From Eledone cirrhosa (Eukaryota): a stretch of DNA of 64,000 nt. This document shows positions 48,101-61,600 of the stretch, piece by piece; within the stretch, counting starts at the first letter, position 1, and the number at the start of each line of letters is the position of its first letter. The DNA lies in NCBI GenBank assembly GCA_964016885.1, contig OZ024757.1, forward strand, positions 10,168,001 to 10,232,000. Reading direction: 5' to 3'. The notes beneath the pieces are model-generated. The model made no database searches and was not told where the DNA came from. It was given only the letters and a program-made list of their open reading frames with translations. The position numbers were made by a program, and so were the translations under genes.

Positions 48101-51100
48101 TTAAGTTGGGGTTAAGTTAAGTTGGGGTTAAGTTAAGTTGGAGTTAAGTTAAGTTGGGGTTAAGTCAAGTTGGGGTTGAGTTAATTTGGGGTTAAGTTAA
48201 GTTGGGGTTAAGTTAAGTTGGAGTTAAGTTAAGTTGGGGTTAAGTCAAGTTGGGGTTGAGTTAATTTGGGGTTGAATTAAGTTGGGGTTAGGTTAAGTTG
48301 GGGTTAAGTTAAGTTTGGTTTAAGTTAAGTTGGGGTTAAGTTAAGTTGGGGTTAAGTTAATTTGGGGTTAAGTTAAGTTGGGGTTGAGTTAAGTTGGGGT
48401 TGATTTAAGTTGGGGTTGAATTAAGTTGGGGTCGAGTTAAGTTGGGGTTGAGTTAAGTTGGGGTTAAGTTAAGTTGGGGTTAAGTTAAGTTGGAGTTAAG
48501 TTAAGTTGGGGTTAAGTTAAGTTGGGGTTAAGTTAAGTCGGAGTAAAGTTAAGTTGGGGTTAAGTTAAGTTGGGGGTAAGTTAAGTTGTGGTTAAGTTAA
48601 GTTGGGGTTAAGTTGGGGTTAAGTTAAGTTGGGGTTGAGTTAAGTTGGGGTTGAATTAAGTTGGGATTGAGTTAAGTTGGAGTTAAGTTAAGTTGGGGTT
48701 AAGTTAAGTTGGGGGTAAGTTAAGTTGTGGTTAAGTTAAGTTGGGGTTAAGTTGGGGTTAAGTTAAGTTGGGGTTGAGTTAAGTTGGGGTTGAATTAAGT
48801 TGGGATTGAGTTAAGTTGGAGTTAAGTTAAGTTGGGGTTAAGTTAAGTTGGGGTTAAGTTAAGTTGGCGTTAAATTAAGTTGGGGTTAAGTTAAGTTGGG
48901 GTTACGTTAAGTTGGGGTTAAGTTAAGTTGGGGTTAAGTCAAGTTGGGGTTAAATCAAGTTGGGGTTAACTTAAGTTTGGATTAACTTAAGTTGGGTTAA
49001 CTTAAGTTGGGATTAAGTTGGGGTTAACTTAAGTTGGGGTTAAGTTAAGTTGGGGTTGAGTTAAGTTGGGGTTGAGTTAAGTTGGGGTTGAGTTAAGTTG
49101 GGGTTAAGTTAAGTTGGGGTTAAGTTAAGTTGGGGTTAAGTTAAGTTGGGATTAGATTAAGTAGGAGTTAAGTTAAGTTGGGGTTAAGTTAAGTTGTGGT
49201 TAAGTTAAGTTGGGGTTAAGTTAAGTTGGGGTTAAGTTAAGTTGGGGTTAACTTAAGTTGGAGTTAAGTTAAGTTGGGGTTAAGTTAAGTTGAGGCTAAG
49301 TTAAGTTGGGGCTGAGTTAACTTGGGGTTAAGTTAAGTTGGGGTTAAGTTAAGTTGGGGTTAAGGTAAGTTGGGGTTAAGTTAAGTTGGGGTTAAGTTAA
49401 GTTGGGGTTAACTTAAGTTGGGGTTAACTTAAGTTGGGGTTAAGTTGGGGTTAACTTAAGTTGGGGTTAATTTAAGTTGGGGTTGAGTTAAGTTGGGGTT
49501 GATTTCAGTTTGGGTTGAGTTAAGTTGGGGTCGAGTTAAGTTGGGGTTGTGTTAAGTTGGGGTTAAGTTAAGTTGGGGTTAAGTTAAGTTGGGGTTGAGT
49601 TAAGTTGGGATCGAGGTAAGTTGGGGTTGAGTTAAGTTGGGGTTAAGTTAAGTTGGGGTTAACTTAAGTTGGGGTTAACTTAAGTTGGGGTTAAGTTAAG
49701 TTGGGGTTAAGTTAAGTTGGGGTTAAGTTAAGTTGGGGTTAAGTTAAGTTGGGGTTAAGTTAAGTTGGGGTTAAGTTAAGTTGGGGTTGAGTTAAGTTAG
49801 GGTCGAGTTAAGTTGGGGTTGAGTTAATTTGGGGTTGAATTAAGTTGGGGTTAGGTTAAGTTGGGGTTAAGTTAAATTTGGTTTAAGTTAAGTTGGGGTT
49901 AAGTTAAGTTGGGGTTAAGTTAAGTTGGGATTAGATTAAGTTGGGGTTAAGTTAAGTTGGGGTTGAGTTAAGTTGGGGTTAAGTTAAGTTGGCGTTAAGT
50001 TAAGTTGTGGTTAAGTTAAGTTGGGGTTAAATTAAGTTGGGGTTAAGTTAAGTTGGGGTTAAGTTAAGTTGGGGTTAAGTTAAGTTGGAGTTAAGTTAAG
50101 TTGGGGTTAAGTCAAGTTGGGGTTGAGTTAATTTGGGGTTAAGTTAAGTTGGGGTTAAGTTAAGTTGGAGTTAAGTTAAGTTGGGGTTAAGTCAAGTTTG
50201 GGTTGAGTTAATTTGGGGTTGAATTAAGTTGGGGTTAGGTTAAGTTGGGGTTAAGTTAAGTTTGGTTTAAGTTAAGTTGGGGTTAAGTTAAGTTGGGGTT
50301 AAGTTAATTTGGGGTTAAGTTAAGTTGGGGTTGAGTTAAGTTGGGGTTGATTTAAGTTGGGGTTGAATTAAGTTGGGGTCGAGTTAAGTTGGGGTTGAGT
50401 TAAGTTGGGGTTAAGTTAAGTTGGGGTTAAGTTAAGTTGGAGTTAAGTTAAGTTGGGGTTAAGTTAAGTTGGGGTTAAGTTAAGTCGGAGTAAAGTTAAG
50501 TTGGGGTTAAGTTAAGTTGGGGGTAAGTTAAGTTGTGGTTAAGTTAAGTTGGGGTTAAGTTGGGGTTAAGTTAAGTTGGGGTTGAGTTAAGTTGGGGTTG
50601 AATTAAGTTGGGATTGAGTTAAGTTGGAGTTAAGTTAAGTTGGGGTTAAGTTAAGTTGGGGTTAAGTTAAGTTGGCGTTGAATTAAGTTGGGGTTAAGTT
50701 AAGTTGGGGTTACGTTAAGTTGGGGATAAGTTAAGTTGGGGTTAAGTCAAGTTGGGGTTAAATCAAGTTGGGGTTAACTTAAGTTCGGATTAACTTAAGT
50801 TGGGTTAACTTAAGTTGGGATTAAGTTGGGGTTAACTTAAGTTGGGGTTAAGTTAAGTTGGCGTTGAGTTAAGTTGGGGTTGAGTTAAGTTGGGGTTGAG
50901 TTAAGTTGGGGTTGAGTTAAGTTGGGGTCGAGTTAAGTTGGGGTTGATTTAAGTTGGGGTTAAGTTAAGTTGGGGTTAAGTTAAGTTGGGGTTAAGTTAA
51001 GTTGGGATTAGATTAAGTAGGAGTTAAGTTAAGTTGGGGTTAAGTTAAGTTGTGGTTAAGTTAAGTTGGGGTTAAGTTAAGTTGTGGTTAAGTTAAGTTG

Positions 51101-54100
51101 GGGTTAAGTTAAATTTGGTTTAAGTTAAGTTGGGGTTAAGTTAAGTTGGGATTAGATTAAGTTGGGGTTAAGTTAAGTTGGGGTTGAGTTAAGTTGGGGT
51201 TAAGTTAAGTTGGCGTTAAGTTAAGTTGGGGTTAAGTTAAGTTGGGGTTAAGTTAAGTTGGAGTTAAGTTAAATTGGGGTTAAGTCAAGTTGGGGTTGAG
51301 TTAATTTTGGGTTAAGTTAAGTTGGGGTTAAGTTAAGTTGGAGTTAAGTTAAGTTGGGGTTAAGTCAAGTTGGGGTTGAGTTAATTTGGGGTTGAATTAA
51401 GTTGGGGTTAGGTTAAGTTGGGGTTAAGTTAAGTTTGGTTTAAGTTAAGTTGGGGTTAAGTTAAGTTGGGCTTAAGTTAAGTTGGGGTTAAGTTAAGTTG
51501 GGGTTGATTTAAGTTGGGGTTGATTTAAGTTGGGGTTGAATTAAGTTGGGGTCGAGTTAAGTTGGGGTTGAGTTAAGTTGGGGTTAAGTTAAGTTGGGGT
51601 TAAGTTAAGTTGGAGTTAAGTTAAGTTGGGGTTAAGTTAAGTTGGGGTTAAGTTAAGTCGGAGTAAAGTTAAGTTGGGGTTAAGTTAAGTTGGGGGTAAG
51701 TTAAGTTGTGGTTAAGTTAAGTTGGGGTTAAGTTGGTGTTAAGTTAAGTTGGGGTTGAGTTAAGTTGGGGTTGAATTAAGTTGGGATTGAGTTAAGTTGG
51801 AGTTAAGTTAAGTTGGGGTTAAGTTAAGTTAGCGTTAAATTAAGTTGGGGTTAAGTTAAGTTGGGGTTACGTTAAGTTGGGGTTGAGTTAAGTTGGGGTC
51901 GAGTTAAGTTGGGGTTGAGTTAAGTTGGGGTTAAGTTAAGTTGGGGTTAAGTTAAGTTGGGGTTAATTTAAGTTGGGGTTAAGTTAAGTTGGGGTTCAGT
52001 TAAGTTGGGGTTAAGTTAAGTTGGGGTTAAGTTAAGTTGGAGTTAAGTTAAGTTGGGGTTAAGTCAAGTTGGGGTTGAGTTAATTTGGGGATAAGTTAAG
52101 TTGGGGTTAAGTTAAGTTGGAGTTAAGTTAAGTTGGGGTTAAGTCAAGTTGGGGTTGAGTTAATTTGGGGTTGAATTAAGTTGGGGTTAGGTTAAGTTGG
52201 GGTTAAGTTAAGTTTGGTTTAAGTTAAGTTGGGGTTAAGTTAAGTTGGGGTTAAGTTAAGTTGGGGTTAAGTTAAGTTGGGGTTGATTTAAGTTGGGGTT
52301 GATTTAAGTTGGGGTTGAATTAAGTTGGGGTCGAGTTAAGTTGGGGTTGAGTTAAGTTGGGGTTAAGTTAAGTTGGGGTTAAGTTAAGTTGGAGTTAAGT
52401 TAAGTTGGGGTTAAGTTAAGTTGGGGTTAAGTTAAGTCGGAGTAAAGTTAAGTTGGGGTTAAGTTAAGTTGGGGGTAAGTTAAGTTGTGGTTAAGTTAAG
52501 TTGGGGTTAAGTTGGGGTTAAGTTAAGTTGGGGTTGAGTTAAGTTGGGGTTGAATTAAGTTGGGATTGAGTTAAGTTGGAGTTAAGTTAAGTTGGGGTTA
52601 AGTTAAGTTGGGGTTAAGTTAAGTTGGCGTTAAATTAAGTTGGGGTTAAGTTAAGTTGGGGTTACGTTAAGTTGGGGTTGAGTTAAGTTGGGGTCGAGTT
52701 AAGTTGGGGTTGAGTTAAGTTGGGGTTAAGTTAAGTTGGGGTTAAGTTAAGTTGGGGTTAAGTTAAGTTGGGATTAGATTAAGTAGGAGTTAAGTTAAGT
52801 TGGGGTTAAGTTAAGTTGTGGTTAAGTTAAGTTGGGGTTAAGTTAAGTTGGGGTTAAGTTAAGTTGGGGTTAACTTAAGTTGGAGTTAAGTTAAGTTGGG
52901 GTTAAGTTAAGTTGAGGCTAAGTTAAGTTGGGGCTGAGTTAAGTTGGGGTTGAGTTAAGTTGGGGTTGAGTTAAGTTGGGGTTGAGTTAAGTTGGGGTCG
53001 AGTTAAGTTGGGGTTGAGTTAAGTTGGGGTTAAGTTAAGTTGGGGTTAAGTTAAGTTGGGGTTAAGTTAAGTTGGAATTAGGTTAAGTTGGGGTTAAGTT
53101 AAGTTGGGGTTAAGTTAAGTTGGTGTTAAGGTAAGTTGGGGTTAAGTTAAGTTGGGGTTAAGTTAAGTTGGGGTTAAGTTAAGTTGGGGTTAACTTAAGT
53201 TGGGGTTAACTTAAGTTGGGGTTAAGTTGGGGTTAACTTAATTGGGGTTAAGTTGGGGTTAACTTAAGTTGGGGTTAAGTTAAGTTGGGGTTGAGTTAAG
53301 TTGGGGTTGATTTAACTTGGGGTTGAGTTAAGTTGGAGTCGAGTTAAGTTGGGGTTGAGTTAAGTTGGGGTTAAATTAAGTTGGGGTTAAGTTAAGTTGG
53401 AGTTAAGTTAAGTTGGGGTTAAGTTAAGTTGGGGTTAAGTTAAGTTGGCGTTAAATTAAATTGGGGTTAAGTTAAGTTGGGGTTACGTTAAGTTGGGGTT
53501 AAGTTAAGTTGGGGTTAAGTCAAGTTGGGGTTAAATCAAGTTGGGGTTAACTTAAGTTTGGATTAACTTAAGTTGGGTTAACTTAAGTTGGGGTTAAGTT
53601 GGGCTTAACTTAAGTTGGGGTTAAGTTAAGTTGGGGTTGAGTTAAGTTGGGGTTGAGTTAAGTTGGGGTTGAGTTAAGTTGGGGTTGAGTTAAGTTGGGG
53701 TCGAGTTAAGTTGGGGTTGAGTTAAGTTGGGGTTAAGTTAAGTTGGGGTTAAGTTAAGTTGGGGTTAAGTTAAGTTGGGATTAGGTTAAGTTGGGGTTAA
53801 GTTAAGTTGGGGTTAAGTTAAGTCGGAGTAAAGTTAAGTTGGGGTTAAGTTAAGTTGGGGGTAAGTTAAGTTGTGGTTAAGTTAAGTTGGGGTTAAGTTG
53901 GGGTTAAGTTAAGTTGGGGTTGAGTTAAGTTGGGGTTGAATTAAGTTGGGATTGAGTTAAGTTGGAGTTAAGTTAAGTTGGGGTTAAGTTAAGTTGGGGT
54001 TAAGTTAAGTTGGCGTTAAATTAAGTTGGGGTTAAGTTAAGTTGGGGTTACGTTAAGTTGGGGTTAAGTTAAGTTGGGGTTAAGTCAAGTTGGGGTTAAA

Positions 54101-57100
54101 TCAAGTTGTGGTTAAGTTAAGTTGGGGTTAAGTTAAGTTGGGGTTAAGTTAAGTTGGGGTTAACTTAAGTTGGAGTTAAGTTAAGTTGGGGTTAAGTTAA
54201 GTTGAGGCTAAGTTAAGTTGGGGCTGAGTTAACTTGGGGTTAAGTTAAGTTGGGGTTAAGTTAAGTTGGGGTTAAGGTAAGTTGGGGTTAAGTTAAGTTG
54301 GGCTTAAGTTAAGTTGGGGTTAAGTTAAGTTGGGGTTAACTTAAGTTGGGGTTAACTTAAGTTGGGGTTAAGTTGGGGTATAACTTAAGTTGGGGTTAAT
54401 TTAAGTTGGGGTTGAGTTAAGTTGGGGTTGATTTCAGTTTGGGTTGAGTTAAGTTGGGGTCGAGTTAAGTTGTGGTTGTGTTAAGTTGGGGTTAAGTTAA
54501 GTTGGGGTTAAGTTAAGTTGGGGTTGAGTTAAGTTGGGATCGAGGTAAGTTGGGGTTGAGTTAAGTTGGGGTTAAGTTAAGTTGGGGTTAACTTAAGTTG
54601 GGGTTAACTTAAGTTGGGGTTAAGTTAAGTTGGGGTTAAGTTAAGTTGGGGTTAAGTTAAGTTGGGGTTAAGTTAAGTTGGGGTTAAGTTAAGTTGGGGT
54701 TGAGTTAAGTTAGGGTCGAGTTAAGTTGGGGTTGAGTTAATTTGGGGTTGAATTAAGTTGGGGTTAGGTTAAGTTGGGGTTAAGTTAAATTTGGTTTAAG
54801 TTAAGTTGGGGTTAAGTTAAGTTGGGGTTAAGTTAAGTTGGGATTAGATTAAGTTGGGGTTAAGTTAAGTTGGGGTTGAGTTAAGTTGGGGTTAAGTTAA
54901 GTTGGCGTTAAGTTAAGTTGGGGTTGAGTTAAGTTGGGGTTGAATTAAGTTGGGATTGAGTTAAGTTGGAGTTAAGTTAAGTTGGGGTTAAGTTAAGTTG
55001 GGGTTAAGTTAAGTTGGCGTTAAATTAAGTTGGGGTTAAGTTAAGTTGGGGTTACGTTAAGTTGGGGATAAGTTAAGTTGGGGTTAAGTCAAGTTGGGGT
55101 TAAATCAAGTTGGGGTTAACTTAAGTTTGGATTAACTTAAGTTGGGTTAACTTAAGTTGGGATTAAGTTGGGGTTAACTTAAGTTGGGGTTAAGTTAAGT
55201 TGGCGTTGAGTTAAGTTGGGGTTGAGTTAAGTTGGGGTTGAGTTAAGTTGGGGTTGAGTTAAGTTGGGGTCGAGTTAAGTTGGGGTTGATTTAAGTTGGG
55301 GTTAAGTTAAGTTGGGGTTAAGTTAAGTTGGGGTTAAGTTAAGTTGGGATTAGATTAAGTAGGAGTTAAGTTAAGTTGGGGTTAAGTTAAGTTGTGGTTA
55401 AGTTAAGTTGGGGTTAAGTTAAGTTGGGGTTAAGTTAAGTTGGGATTAGATTAAGTTGGGGTTAAGTTAAGTTGGGGTTGAGTTAAGTTGGGGTTAAGTT
55501 AAGTTGGCGTTAAGTTAAGTTGGGGTTAAGTTAAGTTGGGGTTAAGTTAAGTTGGGGTTAATTTAAGTTGGGGTTAAGTTAAGTTGGGGTTAAGTTAAGT
55601 TGGGGTTAAGTTAAGTTGGGGTTAAGTTAAGTTGGAGTTAAGTTAAGTTGGGGTTAAGTCAAGTTGGGGTTGAGTTAATTTGGGGTTAAGTTAAGTTGGG
55701 GTTAAGTTAAGTTGGAGTTAAGTTAAGTTGGGGTTAAGTCAAGTTGGGGTTGAGTTAATTTGGGGTTGAATTAAGTTGGGGTTAGGTTAAGTTGGGGTTA
55801 AGTTAAGTTTGGTTTAAGTTAAGTTGGGGTTAAGTTAAGTTGGGGTTAAGTTAAGTTGGGGTTAAGTTAAGTTGGGGTTGATTTAAGTTGGGGTTGATTT
55901 AAGTTGGGGTTGAATTAAGTTGGGGTCGAGTTAAGTTGGGGTTGAGTTAAGTTGGGGTTAAGTTAAGTTGGGGTTAAGTTAAGTTGGAGTTAAGTTAAGT
56001 TGGGGTTAAGTTAAGTTGGGGTTAAGTTAAGTCGGAGTAAAGTTAAGTTGGGGTTAAGTTAAGTTGGGGGTAAGTTAAGTTGTGGTTAAGTTAAGTTGGG
56101 GTTAAGTTGGGCTTAAGTTAAGTTGGGGTTGAGTTAAGTTGGGGTTGAATTAAGTTGGGATTGAGTTAAGTTGGAGTTAAGTTAAGTTGGGGTTAAGTTA
56201 AGTTGGCGTTAAATTAAGTTGGGGTTAAGTTAAGTTGGGGTTACGTTAAGTTGGGGTTGAGTTAAGTTGGGGTCGAGTTAAGTTGGGGTTGAGTTAAGTT
56301 GGGGTTAAGTTAAGTTGGGGTTAAGTTAAGTTGGGGTTAAGTTAAGTTGGGATTAGATTAAGTAGGAGTTAAGTTAAGTTGGGGTTAAGTTAAGTTGTGG
56401 TTAAGTTAAGTTGGGGTTAAGTTAAGTTGGGGTTAAGTTAAGTTGGGGTTAACTTAAGTTGGAGTTAAGTTAAGTTGGGGTTAAGTTAAGTTGAGGCTAA
56501 GTTAAGTTGGGGCTGAGTTAACTTGGGGTTAAGTTAAGTTGGGGTTAAATTAAGTTGGGGTTAAGGTAAGTTGGGGTTAAGTTAAGTTGGGGTTAAGTTA
56601 AGTTGGGGTTAAGTTAAGTTGGGGTTAACTTAAGTTGGGGTTAAGTTGGGGTTAACTTAAGTTGGGGTTAATTTAAGTTGGGGTTGAGTTAAGTTGGGGT
56701 TGATTTCAGTTTGGGTTGAGTTAAGTTGGGGTCGAGTTAAGTTGGGGTTGTGTTAAGTTGGGGTTAAGTTAAGTTGGGGTTAAGTTAAGTTGGGGTTGAG
56801 TTAAGTTGGGGTTAAGTTAAGTTTGGTTTAAGTTAAGTTGGGGTTAAGTTAAGTTGGGGTTAAGTTAAGGTGGGATTAGGTTAAGTTGGGGTTAAGTTAA
56901 GTTGGGGTTAAGTTAAGTTGTGGTTAAGTTAAGTTGGGGTTAAGTTAAGTTGGGGTTAAGTTAAGTTGGGGTTAAGGTAAGTTGGGGTTAAGTTAAGTTG
57001 GGGTTAAGTTAAGTTGGGGTTAAGTTAAGTTGGGGTTAACTTAAGTTGGGGTTAAGTTGGGGTTAACTTAAGTTGGGGTTAAGTTGGGGTTAACTTACGT

Positions 57101-58605
57101 TGGGGTTAAGTTAAGTTGGGGTTGAGTTAAGTTGGGGTTGATTTAAGTTGGGGTTGAGGTAAGTTGGAGTCGAGTTAAGTTGGGGTTGAGTTAAGTTGGG
57201 GTTAAGTTAAGTTGGGGTTAAGTTAAGTTGGGGTTAAGTTAAGTCGGAGTTAAGTTAAGTTGGGGTTAAGTTAAGTTGGGGGTAAGTTAAGTTGTGGTTA
57301 AGTTAAGTTGGAGTTAAGTTGGGGTTAAGTTAAGTTGGGGTTAAGTTAAGTGGGGTTGAGTTAAGTTGGAGTTAAGTTAAGTTGGGGTTAATTTAAGTTG
57401 GGGTTAAGTTAAGTCGGGGTAAAGTTAAGTTGGGGTTAAGTTAAGTTGGGGGTAAGTTAATTTGGGGTTAAGTTAAGTTGGGGTTTAGTTAATTTGGGGT
57501 TAAGTCAAGTTGGGGTTAAGTCAAGTTGGGGTTAAGTTAAGTTGGGGTTAAGTTAAGTCGGGGTTAAGTTAAGTTGGGGTTAAGTTAAGTCGGGGTTAAG
57601 TTAAGTTGGGGTTAAGTTAAGTTGGGGTAAGTTAAGTTGGGGTTAAGTTAAGTTGGGGTTTACTTAAGTTGGGGTTAAGTCAAGTTGGGGTTAAGTCAAG
57701 TTGGGGTTAAGACAAGTTGGGGTTAAGTTAAGTTGGGGTTAAGTTAAGTTGGGGTTAAATTAAGTTGGGGTTAAGTTAAGTTGGGGTTAAGTTAAGTTGG
57801 CGTTAAGTTAAGTTGGGGTTAAGTTAACTTGGGGTTAAGTTAAGTTGGGGTTAAGTTAAGTTGGGGTTAAGTCAAGTTGGGGTTAAATCAAGTTGGGGTT
57901 AACTTAAGTTTGGATTAACTTAAGTTGGGTTAACTTAAGTTGGGGTTAAGTTGGGGTTAACTTAAGTTGGGGTTAAGTTAAGTTGGGGTTAAGTTAAGTT
58001 GGGGTTGAGTTAAGTTGGGGTTGAGTTAAGTTGGGGTTGAGTTAAGTTGTGGTTGATTTAAGTTGGGGTTGAGTTAAGTTGGGGTCGAGTTAAGTTGGGG
58101 TTGAGTTAAGTTGGGGTTAAGTTAAGTTGGGGTTAAGTTAAGTTGGGGTTAAGTTAAGTTTGGTTTAAGTTAAGTTGTGGTTAATTTAAGTTGGGGTTAA
58201 GTTAAGTTGGGGTTAAGTTAAGTTGGTGTTAAGGTAAGTTGGGGTTAAGTTAAGTTGGGGTTAAGTTAAGTTGGGGTTAAGTTAAGTTGGGGTTAACTTA
58301 AGTTGGGGTTAACTTAAGTTGGGGTTAAGTTGGGGTTAACTTAAGTTGGGGTTAAGTTGGGGTTAACTTAAGTTGGGGTTAAGTTAAGTTGGGGTTGAGT
58401 TAAGTTGGGGTTGATTTAACTTGGGGTTGAGTTAAGTTGGAGTCGAGTTAAGTTGGGGTTGAGTTAAGTTGGGGTTAAATTAAGTTGGGGTTAAGTTAAG
58501 TTGAAGTTAAGTTAAGTTGGGGTTAAGTTAAGTTGGGGTTAAGTTAAGTTGGCGTTAAATTAAATTGGGGTTAAGTTAAGTTGGGGTTACGTTAAGTTGG
58601 GGTTA
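45151..58605 (+). repeat. Second copy of the long block 3741-19757
   Basis: The same rare markers occur in the same order, but there is only one copy of the 2.5-kb unit that is doubled at 10838-15874. Confidence 0.88.
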
Positions 58606-61600
58606 AGTTAAGTTGGGGTTAAGTCAAGTTGGGGTTAAATCAAGTTGGGGTTAACTTAAGTTTGGATTAACTTAAGTTGGGTTAACTTAAGTTGGGGTTA
58701 AGTTGGGCTTAACTTAAGTTGGGGTTAAGTTAAGTTGGGGTTGAGTTAAGTTGGGGTTGAGTTAAGTTGGGGTTGAGTTAAGTTGGGGTTGAGTTAAGTT
58801 GGGGTCGAGTTAAGTTGGGGTTGCGTTAAGTTGGGGTTAAGTTAAGTTGGGGTTAAGTTAAGTTGGGGTTAAGTTAAGTTGGGATAAGGTTAAGTTGGGG
58901 TTAAGTTAAGTTGGGGTTAAGTTAAGTCGGAGTAAAGTTAAGTTGGGGTTAAGTTAAGTTGGGGGTAAGTTAAGTTGTGGTTAAGTTAAGTTGGGGTTAA
59001 GTTGGGGTTAAGTTAAGTTGGGGTTGAGTTAAGTTGGGGTTGAATTAAGTTGGGATTGAGTTAAGTTGGAGTTAAGTTAAGTTGGGGTTAAGTTAAGTTG
59101 GGGTTAAGTTAAGTTGGCGTTAAATTAAGTTGGGGTTAAGTTAAGTTGGGGTTACGTTAAGTTGGGGTTAAGTTAAGTTGGGGTTAAGTCAAGTTGGGGT
59201 TAAATCAAGTTGGGGTTAACTTAAGTTTGGATTAACTTAAGTTGGGTTAACTTAAGTTGGGATTAAGTTGGGGTTAACTTAAGTTGGGGTTAAGTTAAGT
59301 TGGGGTTGAGTTAAGTTGGGGTTGAGTTAAGTTGGGGTTGAGTTAAGTTGGGGTTAAGTTAAGTTGGGGTTAATTTAAGTTGGGGTTAAGTTAAGTTGGG
59401 ATTAGATTAGGTAGGAGTTAAGTTAAGTTGGGGTTAAGTTAAGTTGTGGTTAAGTTAAGTTGGGTTTAAGTTAAGTTGGGGTTAAGTTAAGTTGGGGTTA
59501 ACTTAAGGTGGGGTTAAGTTAAGTTGAGGCTAAGTTAAGTTGGGGCTGAGTTAACTTGGGGTTAAGTTAAGTTGGGGTTAAGTTAAGTTGGGGTTAAGTT
59601 AAGTTGGGGTTAAGTTAAGTTGGGGTTAAGTTAAGTTGGGGTTAAGTTAAGTTGGAGTTAAGTTAAGTTGGGGTTAAGTCAAGTTGGGGTTGAGTTAATT
59701 TGGGGTTAAGTTAAGTTGGGGTTAAGTTAAGTTGGAGTTAAGTTAAGTTGGGGTTAAGTCAAGTTGGGGTTGAGTTAATTTGGGGTTGAATTAAGTTGGG
59801 GTTAGGTTAAGTTGGGGTTAAGTTAAGTTTGGTTTAAGTTAAGTTGGGGTTAAGTTAAGTTGGGGTTAAGTTACTTTGGGGTTAAGTTAAGTTGGGGTTG
59901 AGTTAAGTTGGGGTTGATTTAAGTTGGGGTTGAATTAAGTTGGGGTCGAGTTAAGTTGGGGTTGAGTTAAGTTGGGGTTAAGTTAAGTTGGGGTTAAGTT
60001 AAGTTGGAGTTAAGTTAAGTTGGGGTTAAGTTAAGTTGGGGTTAAGTTAAGTCGGAGTAAAGTTAAGTTGGGGTTAAGTTAAGTTGGGGGTAAGTTAAGT
60101 TGTGGTTAAGTTAAGTTGGGGTTAAGTTGGGGTTAAGTTAAGTTGGGGTTGAGTTAAGTTGGGGTTGAATTAAGTTGGGATTGAGTTAAGTTGGAGTTAA
60201 GTTAAGTTGGGGTTAAGTTAAGTTGGGGTTAAGTTAAGTTGGCGTTAAATTAAGTTGGGGTTAAGTTAAGTTGGGGTTACGTTAAGTTGGGGATAAGTTA
60301 AGTTGGGGTTAAGTTAAGTTGGGGTTAAATCAAGTTGGGGTTAACTTAAGTTTGGATTAACTTAAGTTGGGTTAACTTAAGTTGGGATTAAGTTGGGGTT
60401 AACTTAAGTTGGGGTTAAGTTAAGTTGGCGTTGAGTTAAGTTGGGGTTGAGTTAAGTTGGGGTTGAGTTAAGTTGGGGTTGAGTTAAGTTGGGGTCGAGT
60501 TAAGTTGGGGTTGAGTTAAGTTGGGGTTAAGTTAAGTTGGGGTTAAGTTAAGTTGGGGTTAAGTTAAGTTGGGATTAGATTAAGTAGGAGTTAAGTTAAG
60601 TTGGGGTTAAGTTAAGTTGTGGTTAAGTTAAGTTGGGGTTAAGTTAAGTTGGGGTTAAGTTAAGTTGGGGTTAACTTAAGTTGGAGTTAAGTTAAGTTGG
60701 GGTTAAGTTAAATTTGGTTTAAGTTAAGTTGGGGTTAAGTTAAGTTGGGGTTAAGTTAAGTTGGGATTAGATTAAGTTGGGGTTAAGTTAAGTTGGGGTT
60801 GAGTTAAGTTGGGGTTAAGTTAAGTTGGCGTTAAGTTAAGTTGGGGTTAAGTTAAGTTGGGGTTAAGTTAAGTTGGGGTTAATTTAAGTTGGGGTTAAGT
60901 TAAGTTGGGGTTAATTTAAGTTGGGGTTAAGTTAAGTTGGGGTTAAGTTAAGTTGGAGTTAAGTTAAGTTGGGGTTAAGTCAAGTTGGGGTTGAGTTAAT
61001 TTGGGGTTAAGTTAAGTTGGGGTTAAGTTAAGTTGGAGTTAAGTTAAGTTGGGGTTAAGTCAAGTTGGGGTTGAGTTAATTTGGGGTTGAATTAAGTTGG
61101 GGTTAGGTTAAGTTGGGGTTAAGTTAAGTTTGGTTTAAGTTAAGTTGGGGTTAAGTTAAGTTGGGGTTAAGTTAAGTTGGGGTTAAGTTAAGTTGGGGTT
61201 GATTTAAGTTGGGGTTGATTTAAGTTGGGGTTGAATTAAGTTGGGGTCGAGTTAAGTTGGGGTTGAGTTAAGTTGGGGTTAAGTTAAGTTGGGGTTAAGT
61301 TAAGTTGGAGTTAAGTTAAGTTGGGGTTAAGTTAAGTTGGGGTTAAGTTAAGTCGGAGTAAAGTTAAGTTGGGGTTAAGTTAAGTTGGGGGTAAGTTAAG
61401 TTGTGGTTAAGTTAAGTTGGGGTTAATTTGGGGTTAAGTTAAGTTGGGGTTGAGTTAAGTTGGGGTTGAGTTAAGTTGGGGTTGATTTAAGTTGGGGTTG
61501 AGTTAAGTTGGGGTCGAGTTAAGTTGGGGTTGAGTTAAGTTGGGGTTAAGTTAAGTTGGGGTTAAGTTAAGTTGGGGTTAAGTTAAGTTTGGTTTAAGTT

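Noticed and set aside
54375-54395. Isolated singleton indels such as GGGGTATAACTT (also ~17659, ~43207, ~44615)
   Set aside because: These single occurrences cannot be distinguished from ordinary mutation or sequencing error.
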